Source of the DNA: Candidatus Egerieisoma sp.
Lineage (GTDB): Bacteria > Bacillota > Clostridia > UBA1212 > UBA1255
NCBI GenBank assembly: GCA_045580735.1
Contig: JAZNOJ010000053.1
Coordinates: 9,362-73,361 of the forward strand
DNA: 64,000 nucleotides
Direction: 5' to 3'
In this document: piece by piece, positions 11,486 through 23,644 of the stretch
Layout of the letters: every line of letters starts with the position of its first letter
How positions within the stretch are numbered: position 1 is the stretch's first letter
Translations under genes and position numbers: made by a program
The notes under the pieces: model-generated
Databases searched by the model: none
Told to the model about the DNA's origin: nothing
The model's input: the letters and a program-made list of their open reading frames with translations, nothing else

Positions 11486-13277
11486 CTAATTCTTCCTTTG
11501 TAATATTCGTGATTTCAATATCTAAATCCTTAAGTTGTTGCTCTTCTACGAAATCAGGTGCTTGTGACATAAGACAGGATGCATTCTGTACTTTAGGAAA
11601 AGCAATAACATCTTTAATATTATCTGTGCCACAAATCAACATAGCCAGTCTGTCAAGACCGTATGCTAGTCCACCATGTGGCGGTGCTCCATACTTAAAT
11701 GCATCGAGTAAGAATCCAAAACGCTCATAAGCTGACTCTTCTGTAAATCCAAGAGCCTTAAACATTGATTGCTGTAGCTTATTATCGTGAATTCTGATAC
11801 TACCACCACCAATTTCATATCCATTTAAAACAATATCATAAGCGTTAGCTCTACAATTTGCAGGATCACTTACAATTTTATCAATATCCTCTGGATGAGG
11901 TGATGTGAAAGGATGATGCATTGCTACATATCTTTGATCTTCCTCTGAATATTCGAATAATGGGAATTCAGTAATCCATAAAAATTCAAATTTATTCTTA
12001 TCAATTAAATCAAGCTTTTCAGCCAAATGACAACGAAGTGCACCTAAAACTGTATATACTACGTTCTTTTTTCCAGAAACAATACAAATCAAATCACCTG
12101 GCTTTGAGTTAGTGATATTGATTATTTCATTAATTTCTTCCGCACTTAATACTTTACCTACTGATGAACGATGTTCGTTTTCACCAACTGAAATCCAAGC
12201 CATACCGCTACCACCTTGAGTTTTAACGAATTCTGTAAGCTTATCAATTTCTTTTCTGGTAAAATGTCCGGCGGGAGCAGAAACTGCTTTAACCATGCCA
12301 CCATCTTTTATTGCATTGGAAAATACTGCAAATGAACAACCCTCAGCGAATTTGCTAAGATCTATCAATTCAAGTCCAAAGCGTGTATCAGGCTTGTCTG
12401 AACCAAATCTTTCCATTGCTTCTTTATATGGCATTCTAGTGAAAGGAGTTTTTAAATCAACGTTTAATGTTTCTTTAAATAAGCGTTTTAAAAATCCTTC
12501 ATTAACTGAAATAACATCATCAGCTTCAACAAAAGACATCTCAAGGTCTATTTGTGTAAATTCAGGCTGTCTGTCTGCTCTTAAATCTTCGTCTCTAAAG
12601 CATTTAACGATTTGAATATATCGATCATATCCTGACATCATTAAAAGCTGTTTGAAAATTTGAGGTGATTGTGGAAGCGCATAAAACTTTCCGTGATGTA
12701 CACGACTTGGTACTAAATAATCTCTTGCACCTTCCGGTGTACTTTTTGTTAAAAATGGTGTTTCAATTTCAAGAAAATCATTTTCAGCAAAATAGTCTCT
12801 TGCAATTTTAGCAATCTTGTGTCGCATTATAAGATTATATTGTAATGATTGTCTTCTTAAATCTAAATATCTATATTTTAGTCTTGTAACATCACTTACA
12901 TTAGCTTTATCATCTATATGAAATGGTGGTGTTTGTGCTTCATTTAATATACGAAGCTCTTTAACAAAAACCTCAATTTCACCTGTTTTCATTCTATTAT
13001 TTACAGCTTCAGGGGCTCTTTCTCTAACTATACCCTTTATGGCAAGTACAAATTCATTTCTAACTGTTGCAGCCTTTTCAAATAATTCACTATCTGTTTC
13101 TGAATCAAAAACTAATTGAACTATTCCTGTTCTGTCTCTTAAATCTATAAAAATAAGACTACCTAAATTTCTGGTTTTTGCTGTCCAACCAGTTAAAACA
13201 ACCTCTTTACCTAGTAAATCTTTAGTAGTTTCTCCATTATAATTCGTTCTTTTTAATCCATTCATATATTCTGCCAT
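11475..13277 (-). CDS. aspS: Aspartate--tRNA ligase
   Basis: 600 aa with an N-terminal OB fold ([27 protein letters not shown]) and class II motifs ([27 protein letters not shown]). Confidence 0.95.
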   Translation of the reverse strand: MAEYMNGLKRTNYNGETTKDLLGKEVVLTGWTAKTRNLGSLIFIDLRDRTGIVQLVFDSETDSELFEKAATVRNEFVLAIKGIVRERAPEAVNNRMKTGEIEVFVKELRILNEAQTPPFHIDDKANVSDVTRLKYRYLDLRRQSLQYNLIMRHKIAKIARDYFAENDFLEIETPFLTKSTPEGARDYLVPSRVHHGKFYALPQSPQIFKQLLMMSGYDRYIQIVKCFRDEDLRADRQPEFTQIDLEMSFVEADDVISVNEGFLKRLFKETLNVDLKTPFTRMPYKEAMERFGSDKPDTRFGLELIDLSKFAEGCSFAVFSNAIKDGGMVKAVSAPAGHFTRKEIDKLTEFVKTQGGSGMAWISVGENEHRSSVGKVLSAEEINEIINITNSKPGDLICIVSGKKNVVYTVLGALRCHLAEKLDLIDKNKFEFLWITEFPLFEYSEEDQRYVAMHHPFTSPHPEDIDKIVSDPANCRANAYDIVLNGYEIGGGSIRIHDNKLQQSMFKALGFTEESAYERFGFLLDAFKYGAPPHGGLAYGLDRLAMLICGTDNIKDVIAFPKVQNASCLMSQAPDFVEEQQLKDLDIEITNITKEELDEE

Positions 13278-13405
13278 TTTATTTCACCTCATAAGCATAT
13301 AATCTTTTTAATTTTATAACACTAAAAGTCAAGTGTCAATCATTTATACCATATTTTTGTGCGAAAAAAGCATTTAAATAATACAATCAAATTACGGTAT
13401 AAATA

Positions 13406-15820
13406 TTATCGCAAGGTAACTATTGTTACGCCTGCATCGCCCTCTCCGTAAGCACCTATTCTATATGATTTTATCTGCTTACAGGTTTTTAAATAATTAT
13501 GAATACCGGCCCTTAATGCGCCAGTTCCTTTACCATGAATTACTGAAAACTGTGACTGCTTAGCAAGAAAAGCATCATGTATATGTCTATCTATGAGTAT
13601 CATTGCCTCATCAACAGTCATTCCTCGAACATCAAGTTCTGATTTAATAGTAGCCGCTTTACCTGAAATACCAGTAGATGAATATTTTTCTTTTTTATTA
13701 TCTTTATTTTCTTCTTTTAAAATTCTTAAATCAGATATATGAATGTACATTTTCATTATACCTGCTTGAACATATACATTTCCATCCTTATCAGGTGATT
13801 TTAATACAGTTGCTTTGTTATTTAAGCTTAAAATCTTGACACTTTCACCTTCTTTTAATGTGGAAGGTGGTTTTGTTGTATCAACATTTTTGCTATATCC
13901 TTTATATAATTCGGCATCAGTATCATCACAAAATTCACGAAATTCTCTTGAAGCGCGTTCAGCATTTTTTAAAGCATCTGAAGCTTTTCCGCTTTTTTCT
14001 ATTTCTGCAGCTGATTTTCTAATTTCTGACATTAATTTATCTGCAGAAATTCTAGCCTTGCTTAAAATAACTCTGGCATCTTCTTTTGTTTTACTTATAA
14101 GCTCATTTTTTTCATTTATAAATCTTTCTTTTTCTTTTGATATTTCTTCACGAATTTTTAATGCTTCTAATCTTAAATTTTCAGTTTCTTCTTTTTGTGC
14201 ATCTATTGCTTTTCTGTTATTCTCAATATCCTTTAACATATCTTCAAATCTAAGATCTTCATTTGTTAAAAATTCTGTAGCTCTCAAAATAATATTTTTA
14301 TCAAGGCCTAATTTTTCAGAAATAGCAAAAGCGTTACTCTTACCAGGAACTCCAATTAAAAGCTTGTATGTTGGCTTTAATGTATTTGTATCAAATTCGC
14401 AAGAAGCATTTATAAATCCAGGCGTAGTAGAAGCAAATACCTTAAGCTCACTATAGTGCGTAGTAGCAAATACGCTTGCACCTATAATATGTAAAAATTC
14501 TAAAATTGACATTGCAAGAGCAGCACCTTCAGTAGGGTCTGTTCCCGCACCTAATTCATCAAGTAAAATTAGACTTCTATCATCACATTCGTCTAAAATA
14601 GTAACAATATTTTTCATATGAGCAGAAAATGTACTTAAGCTTTGTGAAATGCTTTGTTCATCTCCAATATCTGCAAATATCCCATCAAATATGCTTAATT
14701 CACTTTTATCCTTTGCAGGAATTAAAAGGCCTGACTGCATCATTATTGTTAAAAGTCCTACTGTTTTTAATGCAACAGTTTTACCACCGGTATTTGGACC
14801 TGTTATTACCATACATTCTTTTTCATTTAAATAAATACTAATTGGAACAATTTTATTACTATCTATCAAAGGATGTCTAGCCTCGATTATATTAATTTTG
14901 CCTGAACAATTTACTATAGGCTTTATAGCCTTTTGTTCAAGTGCCATTCTTGCTTTTGCAAAAGTAAAATCTAAGTATGAAATAATCTTCAAATCTTGTA
15001 ATAATGCACTTTCATTTTGTCCAACTTCAAAAGAAAGTTCAGATAAAATTCTATCAATTTCTTGAGCCTCTTTTATTTTTAGCTCTCGTATTTTATTATT
15101 TGCCTCTACAACGAAGGCAGGCTCTACAAACAAGGTTTGTCCTGAAGATGAGGTATCGTGAACAATACCGCTGATTTCACCACGGTGTTCAGTCTTAACA
15201 GGAATACAATACCTACCTTCACGCATTGTAACTACAGCTTCTTGAATTGATTTTGAATATGTGCTTGATTTTAAAATATTATTTAACTTATCTTTAATAC
15301 TTATTTGAACAGAATTAATTTGCCTTCTAATATTAAATAATTCCGGACTTGCTTCGTCAGCCATTTCTTCTTCTGAAATAATGCATCTGTTAATCTTTTC
15401 TTCAAAGTATCTGTTTTGAATAATTTGATTTATATATGATGAAATAGAATCTTCGTTAACATTTTCTACCGAAGAAGCGTAGTTAGAAATTCTTCTTGCT
15501 GCTCTTAATAAGCCTGATATTTTCAATAGCTCACCAAAACCAAGAGTAGCTCCTGATGCTGCGCGTCTAACAGAAGGTCTTATATCACTGACACCGGCAA
15601 GTGGTGGTGTTCCTCTTTTTATAATATAATTAACGGCATCTTCGGATTCAGTTAGGAGACGAATAATATTATCATAGTTAGTTTCAGGCTCTAAATCACG
15701 AATCATATTTTTAGCAAGCTCACAGCTAGCTAAATTCAGTAATATATTTTTTATGGAGTCATATTCCAAAATACTTAACGTTTTATTTAGCAGCATCCTA
15801 TCAAGTCTCCTCCCATACAT
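13406..15820 (-). CDS. mutS2: Endonuclease MutS2 (MutS domain plus C-terminal Smr)
   Basis: 804 aa. The Walker A motif is GPNTGGKTV, and the middle of the protein is coiled-coil rich. The C-terminal Smr domain reads [12 protein letters not shown]...GKGTGALR. Confidence 0.9.
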   Translation of the reverse strand: MYGRRLDRMLLNKTLSILEYDSIKNILLNLASCELAKNMIRDLEPETNYDNIIRLLTESEDAVNYIIKRGTPPLAGVSDIRPSVRRAASGATLGFGELLKISGLLRAARRISNYASSVENVNEDSISSYINQIIQNRYFEEKINRCIISEEEMADEASPELFNIRRQINSVQISIKDKLNNILKSSTYSKSIQEAVVTMREGRYCIPVKTEHRGEISGIVHDTSSSGQTLFVEPAFVVEANNKIRELKIKEAQEIDRILSELSFEVGQNESALLQDLKIISYLDFTFAKARMALEQKAIKPIVNCSGKINIIEARHPLIDSNKIVPISIYLNEKECMVITGPNTGGKTVALKTVGLLTIMMQSGLLIPAKDKSELSIFDGIFADIGDEQSISQSLSTFSAHMKNIVTILDECDDRSLILLDELGAGTDPTEGAALAMSILEFLHIIGASVFATTHYSELKVFASTTPGFINASCEFDTNTLKPTYKLLIGVPGKSNAFAISEKLGLDKNIILRATEFLTNEDLRFEDMLKDIENNRKAIDAQKEETENLRLEALKIREEISKEKERFINEKNELISKTKEDARVILSKARISADKLMSEIRKSAAEIEKSGKASDALKNAERASREFREFCDDTDAELYKGYSKNVDTTKPPSTLKEGESVKILSLNNKATVLKSPDKDGNVYVQAGIMKMYIHISDLRILKEENKDNKKEKYSSTGISGKAATIKSELDVRGMTVDEAMILIDRHIHDAFLAKQSQFSVIHGKGTGALRAGIHNYLKTCKQIKSYRIGAYGEGDAGVTIVTLR

Positions 15821-16416
15821 TCACAGCAACAATCAGCACAAAGCAAGGTTGAACAGCAGTTACAAGCATTGTCTGCATTCCTATAACCACGACCATATGA
15901 ATTATTTGTATAAGTATGTGTACTTCCCATCATAGAGTTATATGCCTGTCTATATGTGTTATTAGAGGGGTCCATGTTCATAGCTGTTTGATAATACTGT
16001 CTAGCATTGTCATACCAGCCCTTCATTTTTGAAATTTCTCCCATAAGATAATACCAATATGCATTTCTTTGTGATGACGGCATGCTTTCAAGTTTCATTT
16101 GTGCTTCGTCTAATCTATTTTGTCTTATAAGCATTATAATTTCAGCAAATAATGGATTACTATTTGGACCTTGATTGCCATATGAGCTATTTGAGTAAGA
16201 ATTACTTGAATAAGAGCTACGATTTCCTTGAGCTCTTTGCTTTGTAATTGTATCATACGCAAGATTAATTTCTTTAATTTTATCGGCTGCAAGGTCAGAA
16301 AGCGGATTGTTAACATATTTGTCAGGATGATATTTCTTGACTAACTCTCTATATGCTTTTTTTACTTCTTCGTCTGACGCATTTTCGCTTACACCTAAAA
16401 CCTCATAAGGATTCAT
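15787..16416 (-). CDS. J-domain (DnaJ-like) protein with TPR-like middle region and poly-Cys C-terminal tail
   Basis: The N-terminus MNPYEVLGV...[16 protein letters not shown] is a J domain with the HPD motif. The C-terminus reads [25 protein letters not shown]. Confidence 0.7.
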   Translation of the reverse strand: MNPYEVLGVSENASDEEVKKAYRELVKKYHPDKYVNNPLSDLAADKIKEINLAYDTITKQRAQGNRSSYSSNSYSNSSYGNQGPNSNPLFAEIIMLIRQNRLDEAQMKLESMPSSQRNAYWYYLMGEISKMKGWYDNARQYYQTAMNMDPSNNTYRQAYNSMMGSTHTYTNNSYGRGYRNADNACNCCSTLLCADCCCECMGGDLIGCC

Positions 16417-17287
16417 TGTCTATACCTGCCTTCACTTCTGTTAAATGTCTCATACCTAAGTATATTAGATTGTCTATAACGCCAATTCCATTAATATAAC
16501 GAATATTTTCTATGTTATTTTCTTCTTGAAGAATCAATTTAAGCTCTTCCCAATTTTCAGATAATTTTGCTAAACACATTTCTAAAATAAATTTAATTTC
16601 TGATTTATTAAGCTTATCAGGATATTTTATATTAAAAATATTATAATTGTTTTCTTTTTTATCCCTTTCGATATCTGCAAGAGCATCAATCAAATATATC
16701 CACTTACCTAAATTATACCCCATATTTCCAAGTAATTCCAATTTTAATGGAGATGTGCATAATTCATCATTATCTTTCCATTTTAAAATATCACGCATTA
16801 ATGCTGAAAATGGCTCTGCAATTTCATCTATTGATGTGCAGCCTTGCCTTTCTAATGTATTTAGCTTTAGAAGTTGTAGGTAAATACTGTCAGAAACAAT
16901 AGGATACATATTTACTGCCTTTTTAAAAGCATTTTTTATTAAAAGCTCTCCACCTGCTGCCAAAATACTTTTATCATCTATCTTATTATCCTCTAGCTTA
17001 AAATACATTAAAATAATATTAATTCCGGCTGCATAATCTGTGGAGATACTATTAAATATTTTATCTGATTTATTAAAAGGATGTGCAATACAATTTGTTT
17101 TTTTTATTAAGGAGGTAGAAATATTTTTAGTACATAAATCCATTAATAAAGCCAAAATTGCAGATTCGTTTATTAAGCCAAATCTTGATACTTGGCCAAA
17201 ATTGCGGCCTATGCTTTTGCATACACCGCAATAATACATTTTATAACAATCATGCTCACGAAATTTAAGCTCAGGCTTATATGGCAT
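16403..17287 (-). CDS. Conserved hypothetical protein with N-terminal Cys cluster
   Basis: A 294-aa ORF overlapping the J-domain gene by 14 nt. The N-terminus contains [13 protein letters not shown]. No family could be assigned confidently from sequence alone. Confidence 0.4.
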   Translation of the reverse strand: MPYKPELKFREHDCYKMYYCGVCKSIGRNFGQVSRFGLINESAILALLMDLCTKNISTSLIKKTNCIAHPFNKSDKIFNSISTDYAAGINIILMYFKLEDNKIDDKSILAAGGELLIKNAFKKAVNMYPIVSDSIYLQLLKLNTLERQGCTSIDEIAEPFSALMRDILKWKDNDELCTSPLKLELLGNMGYNLGKWIYLIDALADIERDKKENNYNIFNIKYPDKLNKSEIKFILEMCLAKLSENWEELKLILQEENNIENIRYINGIGVIDNLIYLGMRHLTEVKAGIDNESL

Positions 17288-17320
17288 AGCATATCCGAAT
17301 ATTGTAATACACCTCCAAAA

Positions 17321-18298
17321 TTAAAGAGAAAGCATTTTACTTGTTTCAATCATAGACTCATCGATTTCTTTTTTCATTTCAAGTGCTTCTTCAATATCTA
17401 GTGCTATATATTTATCATTTTTAGAAGCAATGATTCGATTTTTTTCACCTAGCTGTAATACTTCAGTAGCCTTAACAGCCATCAAGCTTGCAGCAACTCT
17501 ATCACGAACAGTAGGACTTCCACCTCTTTGTAAGTGACCTAAAATTGTCGTTGTTGTAGAAATTCCGGTAATCGATTTTATCTGGTCAGCAATTTCGAGT
17601 GTTCCACCTACACCCTCTGCTATTATAACAATATAATGATGCTTTCCGCGATTTCTACAACCAATAATAGGCTGAATAATATCTGTATCAATATTAAAAT
17701 TCTTTTCCGGTAAAATACAAGCCTCTGCACCATCTGCTATAGCACAGTGAAGTGCTATATATCCTGCTCCACGTCCCATAACCTCAACAACACTGCATCT
17801 TTCATGTGAATATGCTGTATCTTTAATTTTATCTATTGAATCCTTAACTGTATTTAATGCTGTATCAAATCCTATAGTATAATCAGTGCATCCAATATCA
17901 TTATCAATTGTTGCAGGTATACCTACTACATTTACGCCTTCTCTAGAAAGTGCTCTTGCACCTCTAAAAGAACCATCACCACCGATAACAACAATTGCAT
18001 CTAATTGGAATACCTCTGCCATTCTGGCAGCTCTTTTTACACCCTCATCTGTTGCAAATTCCTTACTTCTTGCTGTTTGCAAAATAGTTCCGCCTCTGCT
18101 CATAATATCAGAAACTGATCTGAGATTCATCTCAAAGACGTCACCTTTTAATAAGCCTTCATATCCTTTTTTTATTCCATAAACCTGAAAACCTCTATAG
18201 ATACCTGATCTTACAACTGCTCTTATAGCAGCATTCATCCCAGGTGCATCTCCTCCAGATGTTAAAACACCAATTCTTTTAATTGCCATATTTCTCAA
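17321..18298 (-). CDS. pfkA: ATP-dependent 6-phosphofructokinase
   Basis: IKRIGVLTSGGDAPGMNAAIRAVV and GGDGS motifs, 325 aa. Confidence 0.95.
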   Translation of the reverse strand: MRNMAIKRIGVLTSGGDAPGMNAAIRAVVRSGIYRGFQVYGIKKGYEGLLKGDVFEMNLRSVSDIMSRGGTILQTARSKEFATDEGVKRAARMAEVFQLDAIVVIGGDGSFRGARALSREGVNVVGIPATIDNDIGCTDYTIGFDTALNTVKDSIDKIKDTAYSHERCSVVEVMGRGAGYIALHCAIADGAEACILPEKNFNIDTDIIQPIIGCRNRGKHHYIVIIAEGVGGTLEIADQIKSITGISTTTTILGHLQRGGSPTVRDRVAASLMAVKATEVLQLGEKNRIIASKNDKYIALDIEEALEMKKEIDESMIETSKMLSL

Positions 18299-18328
18299 AC
18301 CTCCTATAAACTATTTCAATAAATTATA

Positions 18329-21300
18329 CTATAATCCTATTATGCTTTCAAGCTCTTTAAGAATATCTTTATTTATGTTAGCATGCCCTGACCATAAAAT
18401 TTTACCGTTTTCTTTTGAAATTAATTTTACAGGCGTTGAACCTGAAAAATATGAAAAAAATGATATTAATCTCTTTGCTTGTCTATCGAAAATTTCAAAG
18501 ACTTTTTCTAAAGAATTATCATTTGAAATAAATTGATCAATTGGAATAATTTCATCCGGTAAAATTTTTGGCGTATCATCCTCTCTTAAGCTTAAGCGCC
18601 CCTTTACAACGACAATATTTTCATTATAAATTAATCCTGAGCTTTTTTCATATACTTTTGGAAAAATCAATAACTCAACTGCACCATATAGATCCTCAAG
18701 TGTAACAAAAGCCATTAATGAATTATTTTTAGTTACTTTTTTCTTTACTGTTGTAATAATTCCACCAATTGTTATATTCATTCCATCTTTTAAATTTAAT
18801 AGTGCTGTAGATGAAATTTCATTTTCATTTTCGATAATTTCGGACAAATCCAAGCTTTTAATATTAGAAATTTTTGACAATTTATCTGAATATTTTTCCA
18901 GCGGATGACCTGAAATATATATTCCTAACATTTCTCTTTCCATAGAAAGCAAATCAGATTTATCAAATTCGGGAATATCAGGGAAAATGTCGTAATTATC
19001 AGCCATTTGGTTTGATATTTCTTCAAACATATCAAACATAGAAAGCTGATCAGGATTTCTATGCTTGTTAGATATAGTGACATCATCAAGAATAATTTCA
19101 TATGTTCTTATAAGCTGTGACCTTTTAACATTAAATGATGAAAAAACTCCGGCCTTTATAAAGCTTTCAATGCATCTTTTATTAACCTCTGTCGAAGCTA
19201 TGCGCTGACAAAAATCACCAAAGCTTTTATAATTACCATCTTTTTCTCTTAATTGGGTGATAACATCTGAAACATTTCCACCAACATTTTTAATAGCTGC
19301 GAAGCCAAATATAATTTTACCATCCTTGACTGTAAACTGCCGCTCGCTCATATTGATGTCAGGTGGTAAAATTTCAATATTCATTTGTTTACATTCTTCT
19401 ATATATTGAGCTATTTTATCACTTCTATCTAAAAAACTATTTAATAAAGCTGCCATAAACTCAACAGGATAATAAGTTTTTAACCATGCTGTTTCATATC
19501 CGACAACCGCATAACAGGCTGCATGAGCCTTGTTAAAGGCATAGCTTGCAAAATCTATCATTTGATCAAAAATTTTATTTGCAATTTCTTCAGATACACC
19601 CTTCTTAGCTGCGCCATTTATAAAATTAACACGTTCTTTTTCCATAACATCGTGTTTCTTTTTTGCCATAGCTCTTCTAACAAGGTCCGATTGTCCCATA
19701 GTATATCCGGCAACATCTCGTACAATTTGCATAACCTGCTCTTGGTAAACCATACAACCATATGTTACATTTAAAATCGGTTCTAAAAGAGGATGCAAAT
19801 ATTTTACTTTTTGTGGATTTTTCTTATTTTCAATATATGTTGGAATTTGATCCATAGGCCCAGGTCTATACAATGCAATTCCAGCAATAATATCTTCTAA
19901 ATTATCTGGTTGAAGCTCAGTAATAAATCTTGTCATACCAGGACTTTCTAATTGAAAAATTCCTAAAGTATGTCCATCGGAAATAGTTTTATAGACATTT
20001 TTATCATCCATAACCATTGTGTCAAAATTAATGTCAACATTATAATTCTTTTTTATTAAATTAATGGCATCTTGAATTACAGTAAGTGTCCTTAGCCCTA
20101 AAAAATCGACTTTTAATAAACCTAGCTTTTCTAATATAGCCATTGGAAATTGCGTAACTGTACTATCTCCTGTTTTATGAACAGGTACATAATCTGTTAC
20201 AGGATCTTTAGTCAAAACTACACCTGCGGCATGTGTAGAAGAATTTCTTGGCATACCCTCAAGCTGCATTGCAGTATCTAATAAATCCTTTATTGTAGCA
20301 TCATTTTCATATTTGGATTTTAATTCCGGAATAAGATTGATTGCATTGGAAATCGATGTTTGCTTTCCCGGTGCCATTGGAATTAATTTTGCAACTGTAT
20401 CTACATCTGCATATGGTATGTCTAATACTCTTCCTACATCTCTTACAGCACCTCTGGCTGCCATAGTACCAAATGTTATAATTTGAGCAACTCTGTCTTC
20501 ACCATATTTTTTTATGACATAATCAATAACTTCTTTTCTTCTTTCATCACTAAAATCAACATCAAAATCTGGCATACTGATTCTTTCAGGATTTAAGAAT
20601 CGTTCAAACGCCAAGTTATATTTTAAAGAATCTATGTTAGTAATTTTTAAGCAATAAGCGACTAAGCTTCCTGCGCCTGAGCCTCTTCCGGGGCCAACCG
20701 TAATGCCATTATCTTTTGCAAATTTAATAAAATCCCATACAATTAAATAATATTCAGCATATCCCATTGAGATGATAACAGAAAGCTCATATTCTATTCG
20801 TTCTATTACCTCTTTTGGTGGATTATCACCATATCTAAATTTAATACCCTCGTATGTTAATTTTCGTAAATATTCAGGTGGTGTGAGTCCGCCCGGAATA
20901 TTAAATTGTGGTAATACGGCGCGACCAAAGGTTAATTCAACATTACATTCCTCGGCAATTTTGACTGTATTATTTAAAGCATCAATTCTATTTGTAAAAA
21001 GTACTTTCATTTCTTCAGGCGAACGCAGATAAACTTCGTCGGTGTTAAATTTCATTCTGTTAGAATCATTATACTTTTTACCAGTTTGAATACACATTAA
21101 AATATCTTGGGCTCTTGCATCCTCTTTATTAACAAAGTGTACATCATTTGTTGCAATTAGTGGTATCCCAGTTTCATTTGAAATTTTAATTAAAGATTGG
21201 TTTACAAGAATTTGTTCTTCAAGACCATTGCTTTGTAATTCAAGATAATAATTACCTTTTCCAAATATTTCTTGATATTTTAATGCTAATTTTTTTGCAC

Positions 21301-21772
21301 CATCAATATCTCCTAAAAATATCAACTGTGGTATGTCACCACCAAGACATGCAGAAGAACATATAATTCCTTCTGAATATTCCTTTAATAAATCTAAATC
21401 AACTCTAGGCTTATAGTAATAGCCTTCAGTAAAAGCCTTCGATACAATTTTTATAAGATTATGATAGCCTATATTATTTTTGGCAATAAGAATTAAATGC
21501 CCGTAATTATTATCAATTCCGGGCGCTTTATCGAAACGTGTACGTGGAGCAGTATAAACCTCACAGCCGATAATAGGCTTAATACCTTCGCTTTTACAGG
21601 CTTCATAAAACTCAACCACACCATACATTACACCGTGATCTGTAATTGCAAGAGCGTCCATACCGCGCTCTTTGCAGGACTTTACCAAATCCTTGATTCT
21701 ACAAGCTCCATCTAATAAGCTATACTCGGTATGGACGTGAAGATGAACAAATTCTGTTTTAATTGAATTCAT
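18329..21772 (-). CDS. dnaE: DNA polymerase III alpha subunit (DnaE)
   Basis: PHP domain FVHLHVHTEYSLLDG at the N-terminus, 1147 aa, in the conserved dnaE-pfkA arrangement. Confidence 0.95.
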   Translation of the reverse strand: MNSIKTEFVHLHVHTEYSLLDGACRIKDLVKSCKERGMDALAITDHGVMYGVVEFYEACKSEGIKPIIGCEVYTAPRTRFDKAPGIDNNYGHLILIAKNNIGYHNLIKIVSKAFTEGYYYKPRVDLDLLKEYSEGIICSSACLGGDIPQLIFLGDIDGAKKLALKYQEIFGKGNYYLELQSNGLEEQILVNQSLIKISNETGIPLIATNDVHFVNKEDARAQDILMCIQTGKKYNDSNRMKFNTDEVYLRSPEEMKVLFTNRIDALNNTVKIAEECNVELTFGRAVLPQFNIPGGLTPPEYLRKLTYEGIKFRYGDNPPKEVIERIEYELSVIISMGYAEYYLIVWDFIKFAKDNGITVGPGRGSGAGSLVAYCLKITNIDSLKYNLAFERFLNPERISMPDFDVDFSDERRKEVIDYVIKKYGEDRVAQIITFGTMAARGAVRDVGRVLDIPYADVDTVAKLIPMAPGKQTSISNAINLIPELKSKYENDATIKDLLDTAMQLEGMPRNSSTHAAGVVLTKDPVTDYVPVHKTGDSTVTQFPMAILEKLGLLKVDFLGLRTLTVIQDAINLIKKNYNVDINFDTMVMDDKNVYKTISDGHTLGIFQLESPGMTRFITELQPDNLEDIIAGIALYRPGPMDQIPTYIENKKNPQKVKYLHPLLEPILNVTYGCMVYQEQVMQIVRDVAGYTMGQSDLVRRAMAKKKHDVMEKERVNFINGAAKKGVSEEIANKIFDQMIDFASYAFNKAHAACYAVVGYETAWLKTYYPVEFMAALLNSFLDRSDKIAQYIEECKQMNIEILPPDINMSERQFTVKDGKIIFGFAAIKNVGGNVSDVITQLREKDGNYKSFGDFCQRIASTEVNKRCIESFIKAGVFSSFNVKRSQLIRTYEIILDDVTISNKHRNPDQLSMFDMFEEISNQMADNYDIFPDIPEFDKSDLLSMEREMLGIYISGHPLEKYSDKLSKISNIKSLDLSEIIENENEISSTALLNLKDGMNITIGGIITTVKKKVTKNNSLMAFVTLEDLYGAVELLIFPKVYEKSSGLIYNENIVVVKGRLSLREDDTPKILPDEIIPIDQFISNDNSLEKVFEIFDRQAKRLISFFSYFSGSTPVKLISKENGKILWSGHANINKDILKELESIIGL

Positions 21773-21773
21773 T

Positions 21774-23525
21774 TTATTCTTGTGTTATAGGCATAATTTT
21801 GCCAATAATCTCCTCTTTTAGCTTTAATACTTTATTATGTGCATCGTCAAGATTATCACCCTTTGCACCAAAATAAACCTTAATTTTTGGCTCTGTACCT
21901 GATGGTCTTAAGCAGAACCATTTATCCGCATATTCAAACTTTAAAACATTTGAAGATGGAAGTGGATAATTCTTATTTACAGAAACAACATTACCCTCTT
22001 TATCAAATACGGTCTCTTCTGATTTTAAAATATCAATGTAAATATTCGGAACCTCATCTAAAAATTTACCATTAGTTCCACGAACAGTTTCCATAATCTT
22101 TTTAATCATCTTAAGTCCAGCCTCGCCTTTTAGATTGATAGAAACCTGCATTTCATTATGATAGCTATACTTACGATAAATTTCATCTAATGCTTCGAAT
22201 AAGGTTTTTCCATTTGCAACATAATAAGCAGCAGCCTCAGCCATGAAAACACAGCCTGCAACAGCATCCTTATCTCGTGCATATGTGCCTGGTAAATATC
22301 CATAGCTTTCTTCAAAACCAAACAAGAAGTTTTTATCACCATTCTCATCTAAATCCATTATCTGTTCACCAATAAATTTAAAGCCTGTAAGAACGTCAAT
22401 ATATTCAACATTATTTGCCTCACAAATTTCTTTAGTTAATCTTGTAGATACGACTGTAGAAACAATAAATGGATTAATAGGCATTGTAGCTCTGGTTTTA
22501 TGACTTTGAATGATTCTCTCGGTTAATAATACGCCAATTTGGTTACCGTTTAATAAAGAATATCCCCCATTAGGATCCTTTGCAAAAACGCCTGTTCTAT
22601 CAGCATCAGGATCTGAAGCCAAAATAATGTCAGCGTTCACCTTTTTTGCAAGCTCAAGTGCTAATGTAAAGGCAGCGGGATCTTCAGGATTTGGAACGTT
22701 TACAGTTGGGAAATTACCATCCGGCATCATTTGTTCTGAAACACAATGAACATTAGTAACACCACATTCCTTTAATAAGTCCGGAATCCATTTTGCACCA
22801 GCACCATGAAGCGGAGTGTAAACAACAGTTAGTTTACTACCATTCTTTTTAAATCCATCCTTATCTGCTATTAGCTTTTTGAGCTCCTTAAAGAAAATAT
22901 TTTTAATATTTGCATCAACATATTTGATATTATTACCTGTTTTGAAGAAATCAAAGCTAAACGAAGGAACCTTTGTATAATCTGTGATTGCATTCATTAA
23001 TTTTGAAATTTGTTCACTATCATCTAATGAAAGCTGTGCACCATCTGGTCCGTATACTTTATATCCATTATATTCTTTTGGATTATGGCTAGCTGTAATC
23101 ATAACGCCTGCAGCACATCTTAAATGTCTTATTGAAAAAGATAACACAGGTACTGGTACAATTTCAGTATGAAGATATACTTTAATTCCATTGCCTGCAA
23201 AAACAGCAGCTGCCTCTTTAGCAAATTCATATGAAAAATTTCTGCTGTCATATCCGATTACAATACCATCCTTTTTAGCTTTTGAACCTTTAGAAGAAAT
23301 ATGCGCTGCGATTGCTGTGCTTAATCTTCTGACAACATATTTATTCATTCTATTAGTTCCGGCACCTAATATACCTCTTATTCCGGCTGTACCAAAATCT
23401 AGTTCTTTATAAAATCTTTCTCTTATTTCAATTGAATTATCTGCAATAGCTTCAAGTTCTTTTCGTGAATCCTCATCAAAATATCTGTTTGTAGCCCACT
23501 GTGTATATACAGCTGATATATCCAT
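21774..23525 (-). CDS. Phosphoglucomutase/phosphomannomutase family phospho-sugar mutase (PgcA-like)
   Basis: The active-site loop is TASHNPKEYNGYK. Length is 583 aa. Confidence 0.85.
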   Translation of the reverse strand: MDISAVYTQWATNRYFDEDSRKELEAIADNSIEIRERFYKELDFGTAGIRGILGAGTNRMNKYVVRRLSTAIAAHISSKGSKAKKDGIVIGYDSRNFSYEFAKEAAAVFAGNGIKVYLHTEIVPVPVLSFSIRHLRCAAGVMITASHNPKEYNGYKVYGPDGAQLSLDDSEQISKLMNAITDYTKVPSFSFDFFKTGNNIKYVDANIKNIFFKELKKLIADKDGFKKNGSKLTVVYTPLHGAGAKWIPDLLKECGVTNVHCVSEQMMPDGNFPTVNVPNPEDPAAFTLALELAKKVNADIILASDPDADRTGVFAKDPNGGYSLLNGNQIGVLLTERIIQSHKTRATMPINPFIVSTVVSTRLTKEICEANNVEYIDVLTGFKFIGEQIMDLDENGDKNFLFGFEESYGYLPGTYARDKDAVAGCVFMAEAAAYYVANGKTLFEALDEIYRKYSYHNEMQVSINLKGEAGLKMIKKIMETVRGTNGKFLDEVPNIYIDILKSEETVFDKEGNVVSVNKNYPLPSSNVLKFEYADKWFCLRPSGTEPKIKVYFGAKGDNLDDAHNKVLKLKEEIIGKIMPITQE

Positions 23526-23588
23526 AAAACAAACGCTCCTTTATAAAATTTTTAATAATTATACACGATTTATATATAAAATACAAAT

Positions 23589-23621
23589 AAAAAATGCACC
23601 TCAAGCGTATGCTAAAGGTGC
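23589..23621 (-). terminator. Rho-independent terminator of the dockerin-protein gene
   Basis: GCACCT / AGGTGC stem (23595-23600 pairing with 23616-23621), followed on the minus strand by UUUUUU (plus-strand A-run 23588-23594). Confidence 0.65.
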
Positions 23622-23644
23622 ATTAAATAAGCAATAATTAAATA

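Noticed and set aside
13278-13405. Possible T-box leader upstream of aspS
   Set aside because: Only ~128 nt separate aspS from mutS2, too short for a T-box. No specifier-loop/T-box (AATTAGGGTGGNACCGCG-like) sequence is present. aspS is probably read through from upstream genes.
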